NCBI GenBank assembly: GCA_039588295.1
Contig: JBDHAB010000036.1
Span: 1 to 47,496, forward strand
DNA: 47,496 nt
Reading direction: 5' to 3'
Source: Gemmatimonadota bacterium
Lineage (GTDB): Bacteria; Gemmatimonadota; Gemmatimonadetes; Gemmatimonadales; GWC2-71-9
In this document: positions 47,385-47,496 of the stretch, piece after piece
Numbering within the stretch: the stretch's first letter is position 1
Layout: every line of letters starts with the position of its first letter
Position numbers and translations under genes: made by a program
The notes under the pieces: model-generated
What the model was told of the DNA's origin: nothing
The model's database searches: none
Seen by the model: only the letters and a program-made list of their open reading frames with translations

Positions 47385-47496
47385 GGATCTTCCCTCGGTT
47401 TCGTAGACACCCGTGTTCTACGCCGCGCGCGACTCGTAGTCAACCGGCGAACAGTACCCCAGTGCGGAGTGCAACCGTCGGTCGTTGTAGTAGCGC
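47385..47496 (-). mobile_element. Right end of an IS3-family element (transposase C-terminus + terminal IR-like sequence)
   Basis: Minus strand RYYNDRRLHSALGYCSPVDYESRAA* (47495-47418), then GTGTCTACGAAACCGAGGGAAGATC. Confidence 0.85.

Overview
High-GC bacterial DNA; the gene families suggest a Gemmatimonadota-like host, which is an inference. It has four parts. (1) 1-29.8 kb is a large alpha-glucan-type polysaccharide utilization region: SusC/SusD, four FG-GAP/ASPIC-UnbV (CRTAC1-like) proteins, GH13, a frameshifted GH97, a debranching-enzyme-like lipoprotein, a Na+/sugar symporter, a stand-alone TonB plug, and an ORF missed by the track that fuses an (alpha/alpha)-barrel-like domain to an ABC sugar-binding domain. 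A tandem pair of inverted-repeat-flanked GxxExxY units interrupts it. (2) 30.0-35.8 kb is an 8-gene cluster I cannot assign to a known pathway: four translationally coupled unknown proteins (beta-repeat, Ig-like, Cys/His-rich, phasin-like with a Lys-rich tail), a small unknown, a GGR/MenJ-type reductase, a divergent polyprenyl-synthase-fold enzyme and a second phasin/histone-tail protein. It is the best candidate for an undescribed system. (3) 36.1-37.8 kb holds a frameshifted membrane protein gene and adk. (4) 37.8-47.5 kb is a decaying minus-strand integron cassette array with no intI in the window. It includes an unannotated CxxU AhpD/CMD-like selenoprotein cassette with a SECIS-like hairpin, and an IS3-family end that interrupts an attC.
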